Source of the DNA: Lytechinus pictus
Taxonomy: Eukaryota
Length of the DNA stretch: 64,000 bases
NCBI RefSeq assembly: GCF_037042905.1
Contig: NC_087263.1
Coordinates: 14,324,001 to 14,388,000, forward strand
Reading direction: 5' to 3'
Positions 48,861-60,317 of this stretch are shown here, in pieces. Within the stretch, counting starts at the first letter, position 1. The number at the start of each line of letters is the position of its first letter. The position numbers were made by a program, and so were the translations under genes. The notes beneath the pieces were generated by a model, which ran no database searches, was not told where the DNA came from, and saw nothing but the letters and a program-made list of their open reading frames with translations.

Positions 48861-51340
48861 TATGCAAACTTCTGTTGATGTCTAAATGTGCTTAAAAAGA
48901 AAATCATGTTTTGCAATGGCTTTATGAAATTTATCAAATGTATTTTTATTTTTGTATTTGAAATTCTATTATAATATTTAGGGCCTTCTATAACACTTTT
49001 TGCCTTGTATATTAAAGATTATCATGATGAAAATATTTTTACAAAATTAAATAATCCTATCTACCCTACCCTAAAATTAAAAGGTTTCGTTTTTCTAACT
49101 CTTAGTGCATTGAATCTTCCACCAAGTAAAAAAATAATTGTAAATTGTAATTTCATGAAATCATATTAAATTAGACTTATAGATGCTTTTATAATGGGGA
49201 AATAAAATCTACGAGTTGATGTTGTTGATATGTTTTCAAATTTCAACTCCACGTATGATATGCTGCAGAACTCGCGCTCGCGTCCCTTGAATTTATGATT
49301 GAATTTGGTACTCTAATTGTGGTAATTGCACTGTTCCATTTTCGAAAAACGACTGATCTCGCATCTAACTTCGTACGCGCGCACACGTACATACCTGTTT
49401 GCCTGTACCTCTAACGAGTATTGCGAGCTCTGTATTAATGACAGTGCATAATTTATTGATTCTCTGTTGTTCACGATATCGTCAACATTAAATAGATCTA
49501 CATGTGTTTTAACCCATAAATCAACTGAAATTAATTCGCACGAATCTATATTACTCATTAGTCGTAAACGAACGATAGCGAGCGTACGGCCACGTAGCCC
49601 ACTCATAGACTAATAAATACGTATAGACTGAAAGGTAGCACCCGCGGAAAAGCCTCATTTAAATAACATTTGCATATAACGTACAGATACTCCATAGAAG
49701 CTCCATGGTGATAAGCGTATTTTGTACCACTTTTGGCCACACCTCCTGGGAGACATTTGAACCGAATCCTAAGCCCCCATTTGCATATTGCTAATGAATC
49801 ATTTATTTTTTCTTTGCGTATTCGCAAGATACTATGATTTGATTGGACATTACCTCATGAATAATGTATTTTTCTATTGAAATTCGTACGTCATAATTTG
49901 ACCCCTATCGTCACTTCGGCTTAATCAAGGGCTGAAAGGTGACGTCACCCGCACAGAAGAAGGTTATTTCCTTGAAAGATTTTCGGTGAGTACTGTCAGA
50001 TTAACGCTGAATTTTAATTCATTTACAAAAATAAATCAAAAGATCTGATGTTATATGGGATCTTTAGATGTCTGGGTATAACGTGAATTAATTTTTGTTT
50101 ATAAAAAGTGAACAATTAGGAAGCAAACGACTTGCGAAAACTCAAAACTATTTCCATCGTCGTGAGCTAAAAATGGTGGCTATAAAGCCTATATTATCTC
50201 CATCTGCTACCATTTGAGACCTCGTATATTCAATTCACGCCAGACTTTCGGGCGAGAGTTTCTCTGAAATTTCGATTCCTACCGAAGATCTCAGCAGGCA
50301 TGAAAAGAACTAGAATCTAGATAACGTTTAGGCTAGACATATTGAGTTTAGAAAGACATTCACTCCATTAACCCGTCCCTTTGAATTCACATATCAAGAC
50401 AATACTAGGAGTAGGACCGTAGCCTCTAGAGTAGATCTAGAGTCTAGTCCTCGATCATTTTGTAAAAAAAGATGTTTTTCCCAAACTTATTTCTACTAAT
50501 AATACGGTACCGGTACTAGGCCTAGGCCTACACTAAAGTTAGTTCTTATGTTTCCTTTTATTTTTTTAAACTTGAAAGTTGGGCCTACCGCCTTGATCTA
50601 GATCTAGACCAAGTCTAAGTTAATCTAACTTAGACTCTTTAGAGTTAGACGTAGGGCCTACCCCGGGGTCTGAACGTCGCCACTTCGGACAGCCTCGGAC
50701 TCGGCAACATAGATCTAGACTAGAGGGGAGTAGAGATCTAGTCTAAGTTGGGCCTAATTCATCGGTAGATCTGATTACAGGTCTTGGCTAAAGCTAAAAG
50801 AAAACATTTCTACCTCCCAGCCTATCTAGCTTAGGTCTAACTTGTTATAGACCTAGACTAGACTTGGATCTAGGCCTACAAGTACAACAAAGTCAAAGCG
50901 ACCTGTAGAATCTATATAGGCTTAGTATTATTTCAGTCAGGGTCTTAAGTTAAGGCCAAAGGGTTTATTTAATTTTGGAGGTTAGCTTTTGTTTGGCCTA
51001 ACGTGCAGATTTTCCATCGGAGCACTTGTCATCAGAGCAAATGTCATGAAACTATTTTAAAGACACTAGGTCAAGACAGCTTTAGTCTAGATCTATCACT
51101 TGTATGATTCAATAACATTGAAAGTTCGCAGAATAGTAGGTTTAACAAATATGAAATTTAGATCTACTTTTGATGTAGGCCTAGATCTAGATCTACTTAC
51201 ATTTAGTTCCAGATCTATGTACGTCAGAGTCTATGACTAGATCTAGATTATACGCTATAGTCCAAGTGTTATGTTTTTTTGTTTTTTTACAATAGCTTGT
51301 ATTGCTAACATTTCTGTCTGTGTATTGTTTTAATCAACAG

Positions 51341-51431
51341 ACATAGAACATGATGCTGCTTCACATCCTCTTTTAAAGACTCAAGAATTACAAGACCAAA
51401 TTAAGCTGCAGGACCCTCCTGATTCAAAAAG
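51341..51431 (+). other. Putative internal exon (degenerate duplicate at 52316-~52382)
   Basis: Branch-like tgctaac, pyrimidine tract, caacag| acceptor, open frame IEHDAASHPLLKTQELQDQIKLQDPPDSK, aag|gtaaaa donor; candidate upstream donor cg|gtgagt at ~49986. Confidence 0.45.
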
Positions 51432-54400
51432 GTAAAAAAAAACAATAATCATCCTATATTATATATCAAACTGAATGACTTCATGTATTTACATACCAAA
51501 CGACTTTATCCAAGAATGATTCCAGATGTCAATGATTTCATAATCCTACAATGGTTATATTAAAACCCATTTCAAATTTCAATACCCATGTTCAATAATT
51601 TACAAGATAATTGTTTAGTAAATTCTTTTTAGTGTCAATACACAAATTAATTTCTTTGAAATTTTGCTAACTCATAGATTTTGACATCATTGGCATCTGG
51701 AGTCATTAATTTTAGCCATGCCTTATTTCGGTGCAAATCAAAATCTACATCTCTGCAAAGAATACATACTGACTATCCAACCATGAATATGATATCAAAT
51801 TATTTGGGAGAATATACTCTTTCTAGTGGTATAATATGCGTTCATGACATATTTTTACCTTAAATTGGGGCTTTGTGAGGTGTCCCTTTTTTTTTGGGGG
51901 GGGGGGGGGCTCACACGGTAGACCAAGATCTAAGTTTTATTGAGTAAATGAAAAGAAAATCAGCTCAGAGACTAGGCTGGAGTCGTTTTGACAGGCTCCA
52001 TTTTCATTTTCACCTGTCATATTTTCACGGGACAATTAATATCACCTACCGGTAGATCTAGCTTGTCAAATTTAAATAAGAAAATCAGAATATACTATAC
52101 TATAGGCTAAGCAAGTGGAAAGTCATTTGTAATCAATTTATTTGCTTCCTACCCACTCATGAATTCCTCAATCCACACCAGATTTTGTAAAGGCGACTCA
52201 TTCGGCTTGTGATTTCATTAAGCTTTTATATATTTTTTTATTTCTTTTTATTTTGATGATGGCTTGATTGAATTGCTAACATTTCTGTCTTTTTGTGTGT
52301 GTTTTTTTTCAACAGACATGGAACATGACTCTGCTTCACATCCTTTGTTTTAGAGACTCAAGAAATACAAGACCAAATTAAGGGTTTGTTTTTTTAATTC
52401 CAATAATAATTTTCTGGTGGAAGAATTAGGGAATAATGCATTGACAATATGCCAAACATCCTATATCAAACTGAATTACTGCATGTATTTACAATAGAGT
52501 ATTGTAACCGTTTCCCCCTCACCACTGACCAAACAAAACCCACAAACAATTTAAGAGGGATAGGGTTATTTTAGGGGTAATTATCCTTGCTGATTGTAGC
52601 AGTAGTTTTTACAAATATGGATGTAGTTAATGATGATGTTTATGATAATAATACTTAGAATAATAAATTCATTACGATGACATAACAGTAATGATGAATA
52701 AATATGATAATTCAGCACTATAATATGTACATGAAATTGTGTAACAATTTTGGCAATGAAGAATTTTTAACAAAAATAATGATCAATGAATTCGGGGGGG
52801 GGGGCATGTGACATTTTATCTGTGTTTGTGAGGACAGTAGTCTCTTTCACACCATTTCATCTTAAGCAGATGGGAACGAGCTCTGATCAAAATTTGATCT
52901 TTAAACTCAAGAGGAAAATAATTGTTACCTGATTTATGTATTTGGAATAAAATGAATTGAAATAATAATTTTGTCATTGTCACTGAATTAACAAGTCTTC
53001 TATAATTCTTTTAGCTGAGAGTTTAGGTGAATCAAGATATTTGAGGAGACACTGAAAGTACTAGTAGAATTAATGGACGAGCAATAGTGAACAAGCAGCA
53101 TAAATTTAAGAGTAATGAGACCTACATTTTGCAGCCATGGATCAAGGTTGGAGGGGGTGGTAGTTGCAGGTTTTCTCTGTAAAAATCACCCCCATTAAAA
53201 AACATAACAAATAATATATAAAGATATTTAAAAAAAATGAATAAATTTGAAAATAAAATAGAAAACAATCCTTTTGAGAACCAGGACCTTTAAGGTGGAG
53301 GGCAAAAGACCCCCCCCCCCCTTAAAGAATTTTTGATCCATGGCTGTTATGTAGATGTGATAGAGAATTTCTAAATATATATTTTTTTTTAATGAGAAAG
53401 ATACATGGGTGATTTCAAGTTTGCTGTTGAACTTTTGGTGTGGCGTCTTACAAGTTTTACATCATCATCACAGCACCAAAATTACAATCAAATTGATTCA
53501 TAGATTCATCTCACTTGATGTTGAGCTATTAATGTGATTTTGATTATTTTTGTAAACTCACATTAGGTTTTGGAGGAAGGAAGAACTAAATTGTGCTGCG
53601 AACACCAACGCCAAAGTTAGAATCACCCAGTGTATTTTCTTTTTTTTAATGAATTGCGAGAAGAGCTGAGAGGTGGAAAATATAAGAGAAAGAGTTGTGT
53701 GTGTGGTTTAATAATGAGAGTGCGATATGGCAAAGAGAGAGCTGAAGAGAGATTAAAAGAATAGATAATGTATTACAATGATAATGTGAAGGGGCATAGG
53801 GTGCACAAGAGAGTGGACAGAGCCAATTGACAATTTACCCACAAGGAGAAACCATAAAGGGCCATTTTATTCTTTATTTATTTTGAGAGGAGGCGGGGAT
53901 AAATGAGGGAGAAACAATTTATAAAGAGTGGGGAAGAGGAATAAGATGAATAGAGATGACTTTTAAAGACAAAAATTAGGCCAATCAGAGTGTGTGTGTG
54001 TGGGGGGGGCAAAGCCGATCAGTGCGCCCCCCCCCCCCCAATTTGACAGGCTCAATTAAAAATTGTAATGTAAAGTGTGTCCCCCTTCTGAAAGTGAAGA
54101 CCCCCCTTTTTTTTGCTTTTCAAATTTTTCCTTGAGAAAATGTGCCCGGCCCCTTTGGAAAAATCCTAGATCCGCCCTGCCTGAAACTGATGAAGTTTGG
54201 TAATGACATGTCACTTATCTGTGCTCTTAAAAAGAGTGAACACAAAGAAATTAGATCACCCCCCCCCCCTGCAAAAAAGAATTAAATGATCATTATCAAT
54301 AATTGGAAAGGCTTAGCGTAAAAAACACACTATTAATTAATTACAGAAAATAAATAGGTTCTAATTAAATCCAATCCTATTTTCTAAAGAAATTTTGGAT

Positions 54401-55203
54401 TCAGAATTTGTTTTTACTATATCATTAATAACATACACTGCGATGTGAAACATGCCTCTAGTGATTCTGATCTGGAGAACAGCAGAGAATTAAAGGTCGT
54501 ATTTTTTTTAAATGAAAGAACCAAATTACAAAACCAGTAAGTGAAACGTTCAAACTGAAATACATTGTTATTATTTATATTGGCGTATTGTTATTGTGAA
54601 ATAAACTAGTTCGTAAATATCTTCCCCTTTCATTTACACCAATGTTAAAAAGAAGATAAAAACAGGCTGATTCACAGGCTGCGGTGCTAGTGTACGTTGT
54701 TGCATGTAAACTGCATTCTATGCACGGCCGGATTGAAAAACGATGCATGCATGATGACTCATTGTAGTGAAGAACGCTGATTGGTCAATAGTAGTAAGAA
54801 GTAGATTAATCACGTGATGAATATATTAAATTTCATGAATAATTAACGCAAAGTTGACCTCGCTCAATGCGCATGCGTGACGCTGATCTCCACTTTCTGC
54901 TTCGTCATATAAAGAGTCTATTGGGATGTGTGGAGCAGCGAACTGATGAATTATTCATGTATATGCAAATGGGGGCTTAGGATTTGCCCAAATGTCGCCA
55001 ACAAAATGGCGGAGCTTCGGGGGCCTGAGCCCACTACATAGACTGCACGTAACACACACACACTATCGGACTTCCTTAATTGACCAATCAGAGAATGGCT
55101 AACGTGCTGTCTTTAACGGGGACGTAAGAAAAACCGTCAGGTCAGGTGAAAATGTCTTAGATGACAGATTTCTCAATCATCCAGAGGATTTTTTTCAATA
55201 ACT

Positions 55204-55450
55204 CCGGCCCAAGGTATGCAATTAGCTTAAGTTATCTATATTACACTGATAATGGAAACCATGAAAATGTCAATTTTGCCTAAAAAAAGTTTTAAATCGC
55301 GATCTATAAAACGCTAGTTCACTATACGTTGGCTAACTAGCGTTTTATAGATCGCGATTTAAAACTTTTTTTAGGCAAAATTGACATTTTCATGGTTTCC
55401 ATTATCAGTGTAATATAGATAACTTAAGCTAATTGCATACCTTGGGCCGG
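55204..55450. repeat. Perfect inverted repeat, 116-bp arms, 15-nt loop
   Basis: 55204-55319 is the exact reverse complement of 55335-55450; loop cactatacgttggct. Confidence 0.96.
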
Positions 55451-55679
55451 GCCCCCTCCGCTTCAGTCTATGTATGGTGAGTGAGCCAACGCAGTTCAGC
55501 GGAACAACCAAAATACAGAGACTGAAGCTTTTGGTCTAGATCCCGGCCTGATTTTATTAAAAAGTGTCGACGTACGTGCCAACTTGCACGTACGTATAAC
55601 GCCTGTCGGCGTCGGGCGCCGCCTACGTCGCAACATGTCACATCGACTGGGTTGACGTTTTCTGCTTGAGAAATGCAAA

Positions 55680-55802
55680 ATGGCCCATCATCTTGCGAAA
55701 GGAGGGCGGTTTATATGGCCAGTTTACAAGACCCAGCAATTGTTAAATAGATCTGCGCCTCAAAAAATTCTACAAGTACAAAGATGCCTAGCATACAGTC
55801 AG
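55680..55802 (+). CDS. Probable first coding exon of a host gene for a mitochondrially targeted protein
   Basis: caaaATGG context after a CpG-rich region; MAHHLAKGGRFIWPVYKTQQLLNRSAPQKILQVQRCLAYSQ is basic, has no D/E and ends in an R-x-L/Y-S-like cleavage context; strong phase-0 donor cag|gtaact. Confidence 0.6.
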
Positions 55803-57832
55803 GTAACTATATTGTTAATATATAGATTAATCTGGCCCTGCAAAGCAATTCATTCGTTTATCATGTATAGATTAGAACAGACACATAAATTAACAGACGG
55901 GACCGATGTAGATCTAAGCGCAGACGGGTTGCTTTGCAGAGCCGAGCCCGAGACTAGCCTGGAGTGGAGGCGTCTGGGGAGTAAAAGTCTTCTACTCTAC
56001 GTAGGCTTACTCCCAACTGACGCCTGGGGCGGCAAGGCATAGGGCCACACGAAGGAGAGTTTTTGGAGAAAACAATGTTGCTCCAAAATAGGCACGGCCG
56101 TAGTCACTAGTACAGTCTACAGACACTAGATCATGGCGCTGTCGCGGAAGTGCTAGCGTAAAAATATGTAAATTAGTATTTTGTCACTATATAATTAGCA
56201 TAATGATTTATGCGCGACCTGATTTAATATCTTTGACTTTGCCTGTCTGTGATTACATCATGTCACTTGTCAGATCATTAGTTTTTTTTCCTCAGAGTTT
56301 TATTATTCATCTACTTTAATGATCTATTTGTTATTGCCTGTTGCGATTATTTACTGCATCTTTGCTTTGTTTTAGCTGCAATGGCAAGGATCTTTGCTTT
56401 AGATATTACAGAGGAGGTTCCCAAAGAAAATGTTGCCATATACGATGACATCTCTTTATGTTTCTGGAGCCCTTTTTTCTTTTTATTGCAGAAAACGAAA
56501 TGAACCTTTTTTCATAATATAAACAAAGATAATAACATTAACAAATCAAATTCTTTTCCATAATTGTAGTCTCCAATATAAGTCCTATTATGAATAGCAG
56601 TCCTCGGAGCACTTAATTTTAAATGGCGACTTCTATGTCAAACATCAATAATCATGACCTAGGTATATACCATATTTTAGGGGGGAGGGGGTTCTCAAAA
56701 TTAAATAGGCAAGAGAGCAAACCGATCGTAGGCTTTAGGGTATTTCTTTTTTATTTTCAACTGAAAATGAATCTGGTGCAATTTTCATATGGAAAGAAAA
56801 AATACATTTTATATGTAGGTTTCAAATATTTGGAGAAATAATTAGCCCCCCCCCCCCCGTTACCCGTCATGAACAGTAAGGTCTTATAAGAACTTTCAAA
56901 ACAAACTGAACTTTCACCCCCCCCCCCATCTCTCTCTCTCTCTTTCTGTCTGTCTCTCTCAGAAACTGATATAACTATATGCATACAAGCAAATAATTCT
57001 CCTGTCATTTTACTTTCTTTCCCACTCTTATCCTTATTTCTCTTGAATAATATTTTAATTGACTGCTGTTTGATCTCATGTAACAGTGGCATCATCACAT
57101 TTCAGTACAATGCAACATCTTGTGCCATTTGTGCATAACAGCTCAGAAGCAATATATCATCACACTTGATTGATAAATGAAAATTACCAAGATCAAAAAA
57201 TTCAATTCAAAATTAACATGTTTATTAAGGAATGCATTTTCTAAAACATTGACATTAACATAAAAATAATAATTAGCGTCTACCAAGCATATTGTATTTT
57301 AAAAAATGAAGGCAATGCATAGCTAAAAAGGGCTGTTACTGGGTAGGGGTAGTATGGGGTGGGTATATAAATGTACAAAAATAGGATTAAGTACATTTGT
57401 CTACATTATACAATGTTTGTTAAAATTTCATTCAAAGGATCTCGCTGAGCCTATAGTTAATATTCCATAAAAGAGCATAAAAATCTTTGATATTCGTTTA
57501 TTTTTTTCCACAAATGTTTGTCACTCGAAAAAAATTGATAAATTCCTTTCAAATTTGCTGACAAGAAATAGTCTACTGATGTGAAAGCACTCCTCATAAG
57601 GGGGGGGGGGGGACACAATGCCAGAATCTACCTAAAGAGTGCCTTCCCCAATCAATACATTAGCGAATCATTAACAACATTTGATTTGTCTACTGTCACT
57701 GTGGTTAGAATTTTTCAAATATACTATATAGTCTATTTACATATTATTGCAGTGGTAACCCATTTCACATTTTTTTAAATGAAGATAACAATAAATGAAA
57801 CTTAATAACCCTACATAATTTATGAAGACTTG

Positions 57833-58960
57833 CAGTGGCGTACCGTGGGTCACAGCATTGGGGGGGCACCAGCAAAAATTTTGAGTCACTTAGTGAGCGT
57901 GCGAAGCGCGCTCAGTTGCCAGGTATATTGACCTAATAGAGACATTTTTAAGGACAGTGCCATTAAACAGATATGTATCTCACTGGTCAAATAATGCGAG
58001 CGCGAAGCGCGAGCTCAACATTTTTTATATTCAGACCTAAAAAGGGACATTCTAATCAAATTTTTAATCATGATACGTACATGTCTCGCTAAACAATGCG
58101 AGCGCGAAGCGCGAGCTGAAATTTTTGTATATATTGAGCCCAAACAGGGAGATTTAAGGACTACATTTTATGAATCCATTAAGAGTATACATATTTCACC
58201 AAAGTCATCTAATGCGAGTGCCAAGCACTTGCTGAACTTGTTAGAATTACATCTAAACACATGAAGCACTTGCAGTCATTTTAATCATGATTATTAACAT
58301 ACACATCTCACTAATCAAATATTGCGAGCGCAAAGTGCGAGCTGAAAATTTAGGAAATTCAGACCTGAAGAGGGGCATTTTAAGGCTTGTTTGTAGGAAT
58401 TCACGAAGATCATACGTATTTCACTAACCAAATGATGCGAGCGCGAAGCGCGAGCTGAAAATGTTTGATATTCAGATCAGAAAAGGGGACATTTTAAGAA
58501 CTAAAGCCAAGACATATCTCACCAATCCACTAATGCAAACGTAAGCACGCACAGGAAATATTTTATGTTAAGACCATAAAATGGGGCAATCACTTTAAGT
58601 AGTCATGAAAAAGAAACATACTTTTTTACATAAAACAATAATAACTCGAAGTGCGACGAAATATATTTGGTATATATTGACTTGAAAACGGGAGGTTTTA
58701 GTACAACAGGATTATATATCTTGTTAAACAGACAGTGCGCGCACCAGGAACAATGAAGACATAGGCCATGAGCAAATTATGTTTCATAAAGTTATGAAAA
58801 AATGTTTCTTATGTATTAATATAACATAATTATAATATAACATTATAATGAACAATAATTTCTTCTTTCCCAATACGTTTCTCTTCCTCTCTCCTTTTCC
58901 TCGTTTTTTTTTTCAGCTGATTGGGGGGGGGGCACGTGCTCCCCAATAGTTACACCACTG
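57833..58960 (+). mobile_element. 1128-bp hAT-like non-autonomous element
   Basis: TIR cagtggcgtac / gttacaccactg; perfect 8-bp TSD aagacttg; internal gcgagcgcgaagcgcgagctgaaa repeats. Confidence 0.88.
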
Positions 58961-59733
58961 AAGACTTGTAATCATGGTAACTTTGCCCCCAGCCTGTTTT
59001 AGGTAACATAAAAACCTTAATTTCTTGCTCAGCCCTTTTACCATAATTGTCATAATGACAAGATTGCAATAGTAATAACTTGTTTATGAAATGAGGTCCA
59101 GGAGTGATACTAACATTATTTCTTAATCTTTTGATCACCTTTATTATCATTTAGCTATGCATGATTTTTATTTCAAAATACAATATTTTTTGTCTTGCAA
59201 CCCTAAGTATATCACTAAAAGAAGACCTATTCTAATATTGAATAGGCCTTTAAACTGGAAAATAATATTCATTTTCATGAAAACTACTAAGAACTAGAAG
59301 AAGTACAAAATCTACAAAATATCAATAAAAGGTGATACATTTGCCCGTTGGAAAAATATTTCTTACTTGTATTTTGTGTGAAATTTTGTACCAAAACTTG
59401 TATACTTCAATGTCATTGCCCGGTGATGCAGGGGCCGCGGAAGCGGGGGGGCGGGCTTCAGCCCCCCACTTTTTTCCAAAACCATGTACAAAAACGTAAA
59501 AATGACCATACGATTGTGACACTTTGAAAACCGTTCCGAGGCCCCTGTGATGAACCTGAACTTGTACCGCTCTCTTCTACAGATGTGTAGTTTAATTAAC
59601 ATTCAATGCTTTATTGATATATTTATTTCAAATTAATTCATTTTTAATGTGTTATTGCAATGAAGTAACTACTTTTTATTAACTTGGCCTTCATATCTCT
59701 TCTTGGCACTTATGTTATGATACCAGTACTTTA

Positions 59734-60317
59734 AGGAGAATGAAACCCTTGAATCCAGCTGAATCAATATCAAAGAGAAAAATCAAAGAAACATAATGTT
59801 GAAAGTTTGAGGAAGATTGAATGAATAATAAGAAAGTTATGACCATTTGAATATTGAGATCACTAATGCCATGTAGATCCTCCCATTGGCAATGCGACCA
59901 AGATCTGTGATGTCACACACGTACAACTCCCTCATTGTTTTAGTACTTATTTCACTTATATTCTCACTTTTATAGAGTCTATCACAAGGTGAGGTGTTCT
60001 CTTTATGAGAGGACAAGTACAGAGGTTTCACAACATTATATCATTGATGAATCGTTTGTCATATGATTAGAATGAGCAAAAAGAGATGTTTTGGGGTATA
60101 TTTTCAGTGTCCAAAAGGGGAGAGTTGTTCATCTGTGACATCATAGATCTTGGTCGCATTGCCAATGGGAGGATCTCCATAGCATTAGTGATTTCGACAT
60201 TCAAATGCTCATAACTCTTCTATTGCTAGTCCTATTTTACTCAAACTTTTGTTGATCTTATTCTTAGATTTTTCTGCTTTCACAAAAGCTAACTTGCTCC
60301 AAGAGTTTCATTCTCCT
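59734..60317 (-). mobile_element. Kolobok/T2-like MITE, copy 2
   Basis: ttta|AGGAGAATGAAAC ... GTTTCATTCTCCT|TTAA; reverse complement of 2103-2685 with few differences. Confidence 0.88.
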
